This document shows, in pieces, positions 56,350-64,000 of a stretch of DNA of 64,000 bases. Both the position numbers and the translations under genes were made by a program. The notes beneath the pieces are model-generated. The model did no database searches, had not been told where the DNA came from, and saw only the letters and a list, made by a program, of their open reading frames with translations. Origin of the DNA: Candidatus Bathyarchaeota archaeon (GTDB lineage: Archaea; Thermoproteota; Bathyarchaeia; Bathyarchaeales; Bathycorpusculaceae); contig CAWEJP010000015.1 in assembly GCA_963809455.1 (NCBI GenBank), positions 30,423 to 94,422 of the forward strand. The letters are read 5' to 3'. Positions within the stretch are counted from its first letter, which is position 1. Every line of letters begins with the position of its first letter.

Positions 56350-58508
56350 CCCAGATCTTCCCAACCCTACCATTGTCAGCTGAAGGATTCGAAACTCAAA
56401 ACTTCAGCCTTTGGACGGGGGTTAGCGACAGCCCATCAGTCGACACTTCCAACCCATACAGCGGCAATTATAACCTGCATGTGAGCAACACAAGCTTCAA
56501 TGACGGAGATATCGTTGGACCCTATAAATACGGACTTGGCTTGGGAACGCACGTTAACTTCCGCGCGATGAACCTAAAGTTTGCAGCAGCCGGCACGGCA
56601 ACGGGCTTGTTCTTGCTTGCCCTAGATAACGACGTAGGTTCATGTCTGGCCAGAGCAGGCGTAATTTACAATAATGGTTCGTGGTATTGGGGTTTCCGCT
56701 ACTACGATGCTACGGCAGGAATCATAGACGAGATAAGCTCTGTTGTGGCTTTGCCAAACACCAATTATGCTGTAGAGTTTGAATATCAACATGACAACAA
56801 CGGTGACAACACAGGATACCTAAAACTGTATGTGAATGGGGTTTTAGCTTACAGCTTGACAGGGATATCTTTTGTTTTTGATAGAAGCCCGAACTGTGTC
56901 ATTGTAGGTTTAGCTTATTGTGAAGGCGGAGTAAGTGGACAAACAGACATCTACGCTGACGACATCGTGGTGGCCAACTGCTACATTGGACCAGAAATTA
57001 CTGACCTTACAGTTATGGGCAATCTAATTGTTAGCGGTAACGCAACAGTGGGTTCTACTATTGTAAGTTCTGCTCCTGTTGCTGGTTCTGACGATGGCAT
57101 GATACTTGACTGTTGGACTCCTTCTCATGGCGACGGCGTTGGCATGCAGAATGGCGGAATGTGGCTAAAATACGACAACCAATTCGATATTTACCGTGAC
57201 AGTGGTACTGCAATAACTAACTCGCTACACATCGATAGCGCAGGAAATATGGAAGTTGCGGGTTCATTGCATTCAAATGTAGCTGGGCACGCTCCTGTTG
57301 CGGGTTCTAACGCTGGCATGATACTTGACTGCTGGACACCTTCTCACAGCGACGGCTTAGGCATTCAATCAGGCGGCATATGGCTAAAATACGACAACCA
57401 ATTCGACATCTACCGAGACAGCGGCACAGTACTAACAGACTCCTTGCACCTCGACAACTTAGGAAACATGACTACTACAGGTAATTTTATAGTCAAAACC
57501 ACCATAAGTGGGGGATCACAGTGGCAAGAGTTTAATGGCAATGCATTTCTTACTGCCTTAAAGGATCATACATTCACGCGTGATTTAGGCTGTATTAAAC
57601 TCTATGATGAACGTTATGAAGCAAACCCAGAAGACAAAGATGTACAATTGCATGGCGTAATAGTTAACGATGATCCTCAACTAGTATGCAACCGACATTT
57701 AGCCGTTGAAAAAGATATTATCGCCAAAGGCATGTTTGATAGTCTTGAAGGAGAAATCACCCTTAACGCTGGAGCTACTTATGCACCTGGTTGGTCAACT
57801 TGGAGCACACCATATAATCACGCCAAAACAACTGGTGGGATATCATCGACCCAAAATCCCTTTATTTGGTTAGCTCAAGGTGGAATCTATGGCAGTTATG
57901 GAACATTAGAAATAAGGGTAACTGCAATTAACGACAATTGGGACTGGGGAAATTTAACACTCGGAAACTTGAGTGCTCATGGATCCGTAATTATTTACGG
58001 TTCTTCTACTGGCGGTACTTTGGGCAACCAATATGGGTATTTGAGCAGTACAGGTTCTGGCTTTATAAATGGCTATACAGGAAACGTACCCGTTTCTTTG
58101 ACTACCTTCTCACGTATTATCTGCGGCGCAGAAATTGACGTCTATAGCGATGAAAGAGACAAAAACTTGGTTGAGAACTTAAGTGCCCAAACTGCCCTTA
58201 GCGCTGTCATGAGACTAAATCCTATACACTTTGCTTGGAAGCCAGAAACTCAAAAGGGTAACAGTGTTGTCGCAGGATTCTTTGCCCAAGAAGTCGCAAA
58301 AGTTATACCTGAAGCCGTAACAGTATTTGAGGGTGCTCGATATACCAATGAGCACACTTTGAACTATAATGTATTGACGACGTATGCTTTGTCAGCAATT
58401 CAAAGCTTAGTTCTAAAACAGGATAATTCTGCTGCAAACATTGATGCATTACTAAAGCGCATTGAATCGCTAGAAAGTCAGCTTAAGCAAAAACAGGCAG
58501 CTGCATAG
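56346..58508 (+). CDS. Tail-fibre-like protein 1 with C-terminal peptidase S74 intramolecular chaperone
   Basis: YSDERDKNL..LNPIHFAWK..GFFAQEV..LNY..coiled coil; N-terminal LamG-like domain; 73-aa internal repeat. Confidence 0.82.
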   Translation: MTQIFPTLPLSAEGFETQNFSLWTGVSDSPSVDTSNPYSGNYNLHVSNTSFNDGDIVGPYKYGLGLGTHVNFRAMNLKFAAAGTATGLFLLALDNDVGSCLARAGVIYNNGSWYWGFRYYDATAGIIDEISSVVALPNTNYAVEFEYQHDNNGDNTGYLKLYVNGVLAYSLTGISFVFDRSPNCVIVGLAYCEGGVSGQTDIYADDIVVANCYIGPEITDLTVMGNLIVSGNATVGSTIVSSAPVAGSDDGMILDCWTPSHGDGVGMQNGGMWLKYDNQFDIYRDSGTAITNSLHIDSAGNMEVAGSLHSNVAGHAPVAGSNAGMILDCWTPSHSDGLGIQSGGIWLKYDNQFDIYRDSGTVLTDSLHLDNLGNMTTTGNFIVKTTISGGSQWQEFNGNAFLTALKDHTFTRDLGCIKLYDERYEANPEDKDVQLHGVIVNDDPQLVCNRHLAVEKDIIAKGMFDSLEGEITLNAGATYAPGWSTWSTPYNHAKTTGGISSTQNPFIWLAQGGIYGSYGTLEIRVTAINDNWDWGNLTLGNLSAHGSVIIYGSSTGGTLGNQYGYLSSTGSGFINGYTGNVPVSLTTFSRIICGAEIDVYSDERDKNLVENLSAQTALSAVMRLNPIHFAWKPETQKGNSVVAGFFAQEVAKVIPEAVTVFEGARYTNEHTLNYNVLTTYALSAIQSLVLKQDNSAANIDALLKRIESLESQLKQKQAAA
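57072..57472 (+). repeat. Intragenic tandem repeat with 219-bp (73-aa) period, also at 61515-61915
   Basis: APVAGSDDGMILDCWTPSH..WLKYDNQFDIYRDSGT..SLH.D..GNM occurs twice. Confidence 0.92.
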
Positions 58509-58557
58509 TACAATCGCCAATTAGACCAAAAAATTATGAAAAGGAGGTGATTGCACA

Positions 58558-58737
58558 GTGACCCAAAAGGCTCCCGAAGTCTCGCCAACTATGCAACACA
58601 TTGGCATATTAAACCTTCGCATTAATGATATGATGACGCAACTAAACATTGTCATGAAGGCGATGATAGATGAAAACTCAGCCCTCAAAAAAGAGAACGC
58701 TGAACTGAAAGCTAAACAGCAGACAAGCCAATTCTAA
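58558..58737 (+). CDS. Small coiled-coil protein (59 aa), cassette 1; not in ORF track
   Basis: aaggaggtga SD plus GTG; MTQKAPEVSPTMQHIGILNLRINDMMTQLN..ENSALKKENAELK; homologue at 62840-63007. Confidence 0.8.
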   Translation: MTQKAPEVSPTMQHIGILNLRINDMMTQLNIVMKAMIDENSALKKENAELKAKQQTSQF

Positions 58738-58761
58738 AACGTTCTTGGCTTTCCATTTTTT

Positions 58762-60060
58762 TTAATTTTTTTTAGTCTTATTTTTCGGCAAAAGAACAGT
58801 TGCTGAGATTATTATAGTTGATAGGATTATTATGATTGTGAGACTTATGCCTAACGGAAACTCGGGTGTTATGGGTGTAGCTGTTATTGTCGGAGTTTGA
58901 GTTGCTGTTGGGTTGCGTGTTGGTACTTGTACATTTGGTTTGGGTAATGCTTGTGTGTTGGGCGATGTCAGGTATGGAACAAAGTTCACTTTGCCCAAGT
59001 TGTAATCATTCTTGTAGTCGTGAATTGTTTGGTTTATTGCCTGCTGGTCAGTTGTTCCCCACCAGTTGCCTGTTGCGGTGATATCAGTGTTGGGGTATCT
59101 CTCGATTAAATAGAAGTTGATGTTGTATTCTGTGTTGTTTAGGAAGTTGTTTCCAACGATTTTGGGGTTACGAGAACCCATATCGTATCCGGGGACGGCG
59201 ATGCCGTTGTTATTGTTTGCTAATGTGTTGTTTCGGATAGTTGGGAACCCCGCAACGCCAAATTGGATGGCGTTATCATAGTTTGTAATAAGGTTTCGTT
59301 CAATCGTTGTGAAGTCAGTTCTTATGCCATATCCAGAACCACTACCCTGTAACACATTATCGGCGATATAATCGTATTCTCCGTATGAAGTGATGGAACC
59401 CCAAACGTGGTTACCCTCAATCGTAACGGCACCCATGCTGGTGTAAGTGTCGCCCATTATTGTGTTGTTGAAGATGATTGGCGAAGTACCAATTTGCAGT
59501 ACATAGGGATAGTTGCTCGATAAGAGAATGTTGTTAGATATTATAGGCTCAGACGAAGTCGCCTCGCGTCCATCCAAATAGGTATCTGCCGTCCAAATTG
59601 CCCCGGTAATCGTGTTATTGTTTATTTTTGGGGTAGTGTCACCAATGGTTATTGCTATTGAAGTGGAGTTCACTATAGAGTTCTCTAAAATGCAGCCTAC
59701 CCCTGTTTCTTCATTCCAACTGAGGCAATACTTGGTGAACTTCAAATTGCCCCAACCCGTATTGAAAACTATGTTGCCGGCGGTGGTGCCTTTGGCGGTT
59801 AGGGTTCCGTTTATTGTTAAGTCATGACCGTTGAGGTTAACGGTGACTCCAGGCTCAATTGTTAAAGTCACATTTTGATTGATGAGCACTGGACCTGTAA
59901 GACTGTAGGGGCTGTTTGTTTTTGTCCATGTGGTGTTTTGGGTGATTATGCCGTTGACGGGTGTAGAAGCTTGCGCAACTCCAAAGTCCATGTTACTGGC
60001 GACTACTAATCCGCTTATTGTTATGGTCAGCAATAATATTGTAAACGTAAGCTTCGACAA
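58762..60060 (-). CDS. Right-handed beta-helix surface protein with PEF-CTERM-like sorting signal
   Basis: Signal peptide, TWTKTNSPYSLTG..LTIEPGV, NWWGTT, Thr/Pro linker, PEFP plus TM plus basic tail. Confidence 0.82.
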   Translation of the reverse strand: MSKLTFTILLLTITISGLVVASNMDFGVAQASTPVNGIITQNTTWTKTNSPYSLTGPVLINQNVTLTIEPGVTVNLNGHDLTINGTLTAKGTTAGNIVFNTGWGNLKFTKYCLSWNEETGVGCILENSIVNSTSIAITIGDTTPKINNNTITGAIWTADTYLDGREATSSEPIISNNILLSSNYPYVLQIGTSPIIFNNTIMGDTYTSMGAVTIEGNHVWGSITSYGEYDYIADNVLQGSGSGYGIRTDFTTIERNLITNYDNAIQFGVAGFPTIRNNTLANNNNGIAVPGYDMGSRNPKIVGNNFLNNTEYNINFYLIERYPNTDITATGNWWGTTDQQAINQTIHDYKNDYNLGKVNFVPYLTSPNTQALPKPNVQVPTRNPTATQTPTITATPITPEFPLGISLTIIIILSTIIISATVLLPKNKTKKN

Positions 60061-60253
60061 ATCAAACCCCTTAATCAGGGTTAAGAATTAGAGGGATAAA
60101 AGTATTTCTTATTTTTTGCAACCGTGGTTGAAGAAAAAAAGTTGCACTCTTAGTGGGAAATATTTTCTTGAGCAATTGTTTAGGCATCAATTGTTTAGTG
60201 GCAGCCTCACGTTTGAAAGGATCCGCAAAGCACCTTATTTTTTCCATGGATTT

Positions 60254-61915
60254 GTTCACTTTCAGTCATCCCCCAGTTACGGTAACTGGGTTACCCACTT
60301 ACCATAACCGTTCTACTGACTTTAAAACTAAAACAAACGAAATACAGCTCAGTGAACAAGAATGTTTGAACAAAACCAAACCAAAAACCAAACAGAAAAT
60401 CAAGGATCCTTCAAGTTAAAAATTAAACGAGGTGCAACTTGATGAGTCAGACGGCAATCTACAACAAACTCCACTTCGACAGCATCGCCTTTAACGATGT
60501 AGCCAACGGCGTTAATCCCCGCTTCAAATGCCCAATATGCCAATACGCGTGGCAGCCAAAATTGGTCTTGGGAACAGCCATTCAAGCAACCTTTGACTAC
60601 AACCAAAAAGTCAACTTCACAATCCCAACCCACAACAACCTCTGCGGTCAACAATGCGCGGCGTCAAATCAAAAAATAGAGCTCTACATAGCAGTCCACA
60701 AAGACACAAAAGGAACAAAATTAATCATGCAGCGTACCGACGCTGAGGGTGCCGTCGGCATAGCAGCAAACTGGTGGGTGAACCCGCAATGACCCAGATC
60801 TTCCCAACCCTACCATTGTCAGCTGAAGGATTCGAAACTCAAAACTTCAGCCTTTGGACGGGGGTTAGCGACAGCCCATCAGTCGACACTTCCAACCCAT
60901 ACAGCGGCAATTATAACCTGCATGTGAGCAACACAAGCTTCAATGACGGAGATATCGTTGGACCCTATAAATACGGACTTGGCTTGGGAACGCACGTTAA
61001 CTTGCGCGCGATGAACCTAAAGTTTGCAGCAGCCGGCACGGCAACGGGCTTGTTCTTGCTTGCCCTAGATAACGACGTAGGTTCATGTCTGGCCAGAGCA
61101 GGCGTAATTTACAATAATGGTTCGTGGTATTGGGGTTTCCGCTACTACGATGCTACGGCAGGAATCATAGACGAGATAAGCTCTGTTGTGGCTTTGCCAA
61201 ACACCAATTATGCTGTAGAGTTTGAATATCAACATGACAACAACGGTGACAACACAGGATACCTAAAACTGTATGTGAATGGGGTTTTAGCTTACAGCTT
61301 GACAGGGATATCTTTTGTTTTTGATAGAAGCCCGAACTGTGTCATTGTAGGTTTAGCTTATTGTGAAGGCGGAGTAAGTGGACAAACAGACATCTACGCT
61401 GACGACATCGTGGTGGCCAACTGCTACATTGGACCAGAAATTACTGACCTTACAGTTATGGGCAATCTAATTGTTAGCGGTAACGCAACAGTGGGTTCTA
61501 CTATTGTAAGTTCTGCTCCTGTTGCTGGTTCTGACGATGGCATGATACTTGACTGTTGGACTCCTTCTCATGGCGACGGCGTTGGCATGCAGAATGGCGG
61601 AATGTGGCTAAAATACGACAACCAATTCGATATTTACCGTGACAGTGGTACTGCAATAACTAACTCGCTACACATCGATAGCGCAGGAAATATGGAAGTT
61701 GCGGGTTCATTGCATTCAAATGTAGCTGGGCACGCTCCTGTTGCGGGTTCTAACGCTGGCATGATACTTGACTGCTGGACACCTTCTCACAGCGACGGCT
61801 TAGGCATTCAATCAGGCGGCATATGGCTAAAATACGACAACCAATTCGACATCTACCGAGACAGCGGCACAGTACTAACAGACTCCTTGCACCTCGACAA
61901 CTTAGGAAACATGAC
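60254..61915 (+). repeat. 1662-bp near-identical direct repeat, copy 2
   Basis: Matches 55811-57472. Confidence 0.97.
60442..60792 (+). CDS. Hypothetical Zn-binding protein (cassette 2)
   Basis: Identical protein to 55999-56349. Confidence 0.75.
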   Translation: MSQTAIYNKLHFDSIAFNDVANGVNPRFKCPICQYAWQPKLVLGTAIQATFDYNQKVNFTIPTHNNLCGQQCAASNQKIELYIAVHKDTKGTKLIMQRTDAEGAVGIAANWWVNPQ

Positions 61916-62840
61916 AATTGCTGGTGGAATGAAAACGTTCAGTGGCTCAACCATTGAGCACAATGCTGACTATGTCTCAATTAGTAACCGAGTACTTCCA
62001 ACGCAGAGTCAACCATACAAGACATACACAGACCTTGGACATAGCAACATCCTATTCAAACATACAGGACAAGCAGATGCTACCCACACGTTCCCGCCAA
62101 GTGATAATGGTAGATACGCAAACATATATCAAATAATGCTTCAGGACCCAACAGATAATACAGTTTACCAACCGATGATCGCAATGGACAGGGGATTATG
62201 GGTCGAAAAAGATATACAAGCATATGGTGCACTGATGACATCTACTGATCCAGGAAAACCTACAGGTGGCGGCGCAGTCTTTATCGGTCATGGTTTGAAT
62301 GCTGTTGATGACCCACCAAGCATAATTGTATCAGATGCAGGCTATAATAAACTACATATTTACACGAGCATTTTAAATCACACACTCGGTAGCTTGAGAG
62401 CAGATTTCGTAGAAGCGAACCTTTTATCTTCATATGGAAACCTGTCAATTGGTCATTTGGAGAATACACATTACATTGGTCCACTATATCTAAATGAATA
62501 TGGAGTATTCGGTTATAATTCTTCGACTATTAGAGGCAAACAAAATGTACGGGCATTACCTGACAGTTCATGGCTCTACGATCTCAGACCGGTATCTTTC
62601 GAATGGAAGGACCAAGAACGGGCAAAACTAGAGGGGACACAAATAGGGTTAATCGCTGAAGAAGTTTACAAAGTTTGCCCGAACCTTACATGGCTTGACA
62701 AAGAAGGCGAACCTGAAGGCGTTCACTATGAATGGCTCGGCGTACCAATACTTGTAGAACTTAAAAAACTGAAAACTGAAGTACAAGACTTGCGATCCCA
62801 AATCCAGAAACTAACTTCTAAGGAAGGTGTAAGTGCATAA
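60789..62840 (+). CDS. Tail-fibre-like protein 2 with C-terminal peptidase S74 chaperone
   Basis: First ~375 aa as in copy 1; divergent C-half ending SSTIRGKQNV..LRPVSFEWK..GLIAEEV..GVHY..coiled coil. Confidence 0.82.
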   Translation: MTQIFPTLPLSAEGFETQNFSLWTGVSDSPSVDTSNPYSGNYNLHVSNTSFNDGDIVGPYKYGLGLGTHVNLRAMNLKFAAAGTATGLFLLALDNDVGSCLARAGVIYNNGSWYWGFRYYDATAGIIDEISSVVALPNTNYAVEFEYQHDNNGDNTGYLKLYVNGVLAYSLTGISFVFDRSPNCVIVGLAYCEGGVSGQTDIYADDIVVANCYIGPEITDLTVMGNLIVSGNATVGSTIVSSAPVAGSDDGMILDCWTPSHGDGVGMQNGGMWLKYDNQFDIYRDSGTAITNSLHIDSAGNMEVAGSLHSNVAGHAPVAGSNAGMILDCWTPSHSDGLGIQSGGIWLKYDNQFDIYRDSGTVLTDSLHLDNLGNMTIAGGMKTFSGSTIEHNADYVSISNRVLPTQSQPYKTYTDLGHSNILFKHTGQADATHTFPPSDNGRYANIYQIMLQDPTDNTVYQPMIAMDRGLWVEKDIQAYGALMTSTDPGKPTGGGAVFIGHGLNAVDDPPSIIVSDAGYNKLHIYTSILNHTLGSLRADFVEANLLSSYGNLSIGHLENTHYIGPLYLNEYGVFGYNSSTIRGKQNVRALPDSSWLYDLRPVSFEWKDQERAKLEGTQIGLIAEEVYKVCPNLTWLDKEGEPEGVHYEWLGVPILVELKKLKTEVQDLRSQIQKLTSKEGVSA

Positions 62841-63007
62841 TATCTACTGCAAACACGGAAGCCTCGCCGATTATGCAGCAGATTGGCATGCTTAACCTAC
62901 GCATTAACGACATGATTACCCAATTCAACGCTGTTATGAAGACAATAATGGATGAGAATGCCTCCTTGAAGAGGGAGAACACTGAACTAAAAGCGCTGTC
63001 CAAATAG
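62840..63007 (+). CDS. Small coiled-coil protein, cassette 2 (start ATA 62840 or ATG 62873)
   Basis: SPIMQQIGMLNLRINDMITQFNAVMKTIMDENASLKRENTELK, homologous to 58558-58737. Confidence 0.75.
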   Translation: MSTANTEASPIMQQIGMLNLRINDMITQFNAVMKTIMDENASLKRENTELKALSK

Positions 63008-63166
63008 AGCATTCATACAAAACAGGAAAAATAGCAAGTCCTAGAAACTTGCTTAACTTTTATTTTTTTTATTCTTTTTGCCTGGTCATTTACTAAAGGT
63101 CACTAATGTCTTGAAAGGATAGACCTATTTTTGTCCACATTTTTTATTTAAAGAACCAAAATTTGG

Positions 63167-64000
63167 TCATGTCTTGGGGGTTTTTGCCTTTATGCTTCTT
63201 TTATATCGAAACATAACAACGGTGGCTAGCAGAACCGCTATAATACCGAGCAGTGCTATTATAGCTATTTCAGCCCAATCCAAACCGAAAAAGACTTCGT
63301 CGGCGGAGCTCAGTTGGTTATGTGTTGCTGATGGCTTTTGTGAAGGTGAAGATGATATATTAGGTGTTGGTGAGGGACTTGAAGTGGGAATCGCTGGTGC
63401 CTCAGGGTTTGGTATAGTCAAAAAAGGAACAAAAGTAACTGTACCCAAGTTAAAATCGTTCTTATTATCATGAATTGTTTGACTTATAGCTGTTTCATTG
63501 GTTGTTCCCCACCAATTATTGGCTGCATTTATGTTGACTGATGAGCTTGAGTAAATGTTATACGCATTGTCTATAAGATTGTTGTTAGTTACAGTTGGAC
63601 TTGCGTCGCTTGTCACTTGTACTCCAACTTGATTTCTTTCAATGGTGTTTTTTTGTATTGTTACTGTGGCGCCGTAATTAATATTGATGCCATTGGTGTT
63701 ATAGACGATAAAATTTTTATCGATAACACCGTTGCCACCTTGTCCAAAAATGCCTTGTTGACAACCAGTAATAGTGTTACCTGAAATTGAAATATTGTCA
63801 GGTAAATAAAAGTGAATCCCAACGCCACCAACACCTCTTGTGATTACATTACTTGAAATAAATGGTGACCAGTATTCCGTTTCAATTCCGCCACTAATAT
63901 TATTGTTCAATATTTGGGAGGCTTCGCCAGCATAAATTAGACCTGTGACAAGATTATTTGAGACAATCGACGATTGTCCGCTAGAAACAAAACCATTAAT
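63167..64000 (-). CDS. Right-handed beta-helix surface protein, 5' end beyond window
   Basis: NWWGTTNETAISQTIHDNKNDFNLGTVTFVPFL shared with 58762-60060; Ser/Pro linker plus TM. Confidence 0.8.
   Translation of the reverse strand: MNGFVSSGQSSIVSNNLVTGLIYAGEASQILNNNISGGIETEYWSPFISSNVITRGVGGVGIHFYLPDNISISGNTITGCQQGIFGQGGNGVIDKNFIVYNTNGININYGATVTIQKNTIERNQVGVQVTSDASPTVTNNNLIDNAYNIYSSSSVNINAANNWWGTTNETAISQTIHDNKNDFNLGTVTFVPFLTIPNPEAPAIPTSSPSPTPNISSSPSQKPSATHNQLSSADEVFFGLDWAEIAIIALLGIIAVLLATVVMFRYKRSIKAKTPKT

Larger units (their letters stand above)
55811..57472 (+). repeat. 1662-bp near-identical direct repeat, copy 1
   Basis: Matches 60254-61915 at constant offset 4443; a few substitutions upstream and one F/L change in the coding part. 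Confidence 0.97.

Noticed and set aside
55811-61915. Diversity-generating retroelement (TR/VR pair)
   Set aside because: No reverse transcriptase in the window; differences are not adenine-specific; the repeat covers the constant part, not the variable part
55811-63007. Invertase shufflon or complete prophage
   Set aside because: Cassettes are in direct orientation and each is a full gene; no recombinase, capsid, portal or terminase seen

Overview
Archaeal chromosomal window, most likely Bathyarchaeia (inferred from RNase P Rpp30/Pop5, Nop5-fibrillarin, archaeal TpiA, TrmB and Lrp/AsnC regulators, and many NosD/PQQ-repeat surface proteins). 0-21 kb is mostly housekeeping and metabolic genes. 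It includes an ArsR-HTH/ATP-cone/NrdD-like fusion that has lost its catalytic residues and a Nop5 with an RGG tail. 21-45 kb is a nitrogen/potassium homeostasis region (hcp, two amt, two APC permeases, asnB, kdpABC, about seven Lrp/AsnC genes, CBS proteins). 45-55 kb holds three paralogous COG1665-like nucleotidyltransferases plus a CitG homologue, interrupted by an accessory block. 55-64 kb is a tandem array with 4443-bp periodicity. Each unit has a near-identical 1.66-kb constant module (regulatory hairpin, Zn-finger protein, N-terminal half of a tail-fibre-like protein), a swapped C-terminal half ending in a peptidase S74 chaperone, a small coiled-coil gene and a convergent surface beta-helix gene. 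No capsid, terminase or integrase gene was seen. Many genes in the first 39 kb carry single-base frameshifts that are probably sequencing errors. No rRNA, tRNA or CRISPR array was recognised.
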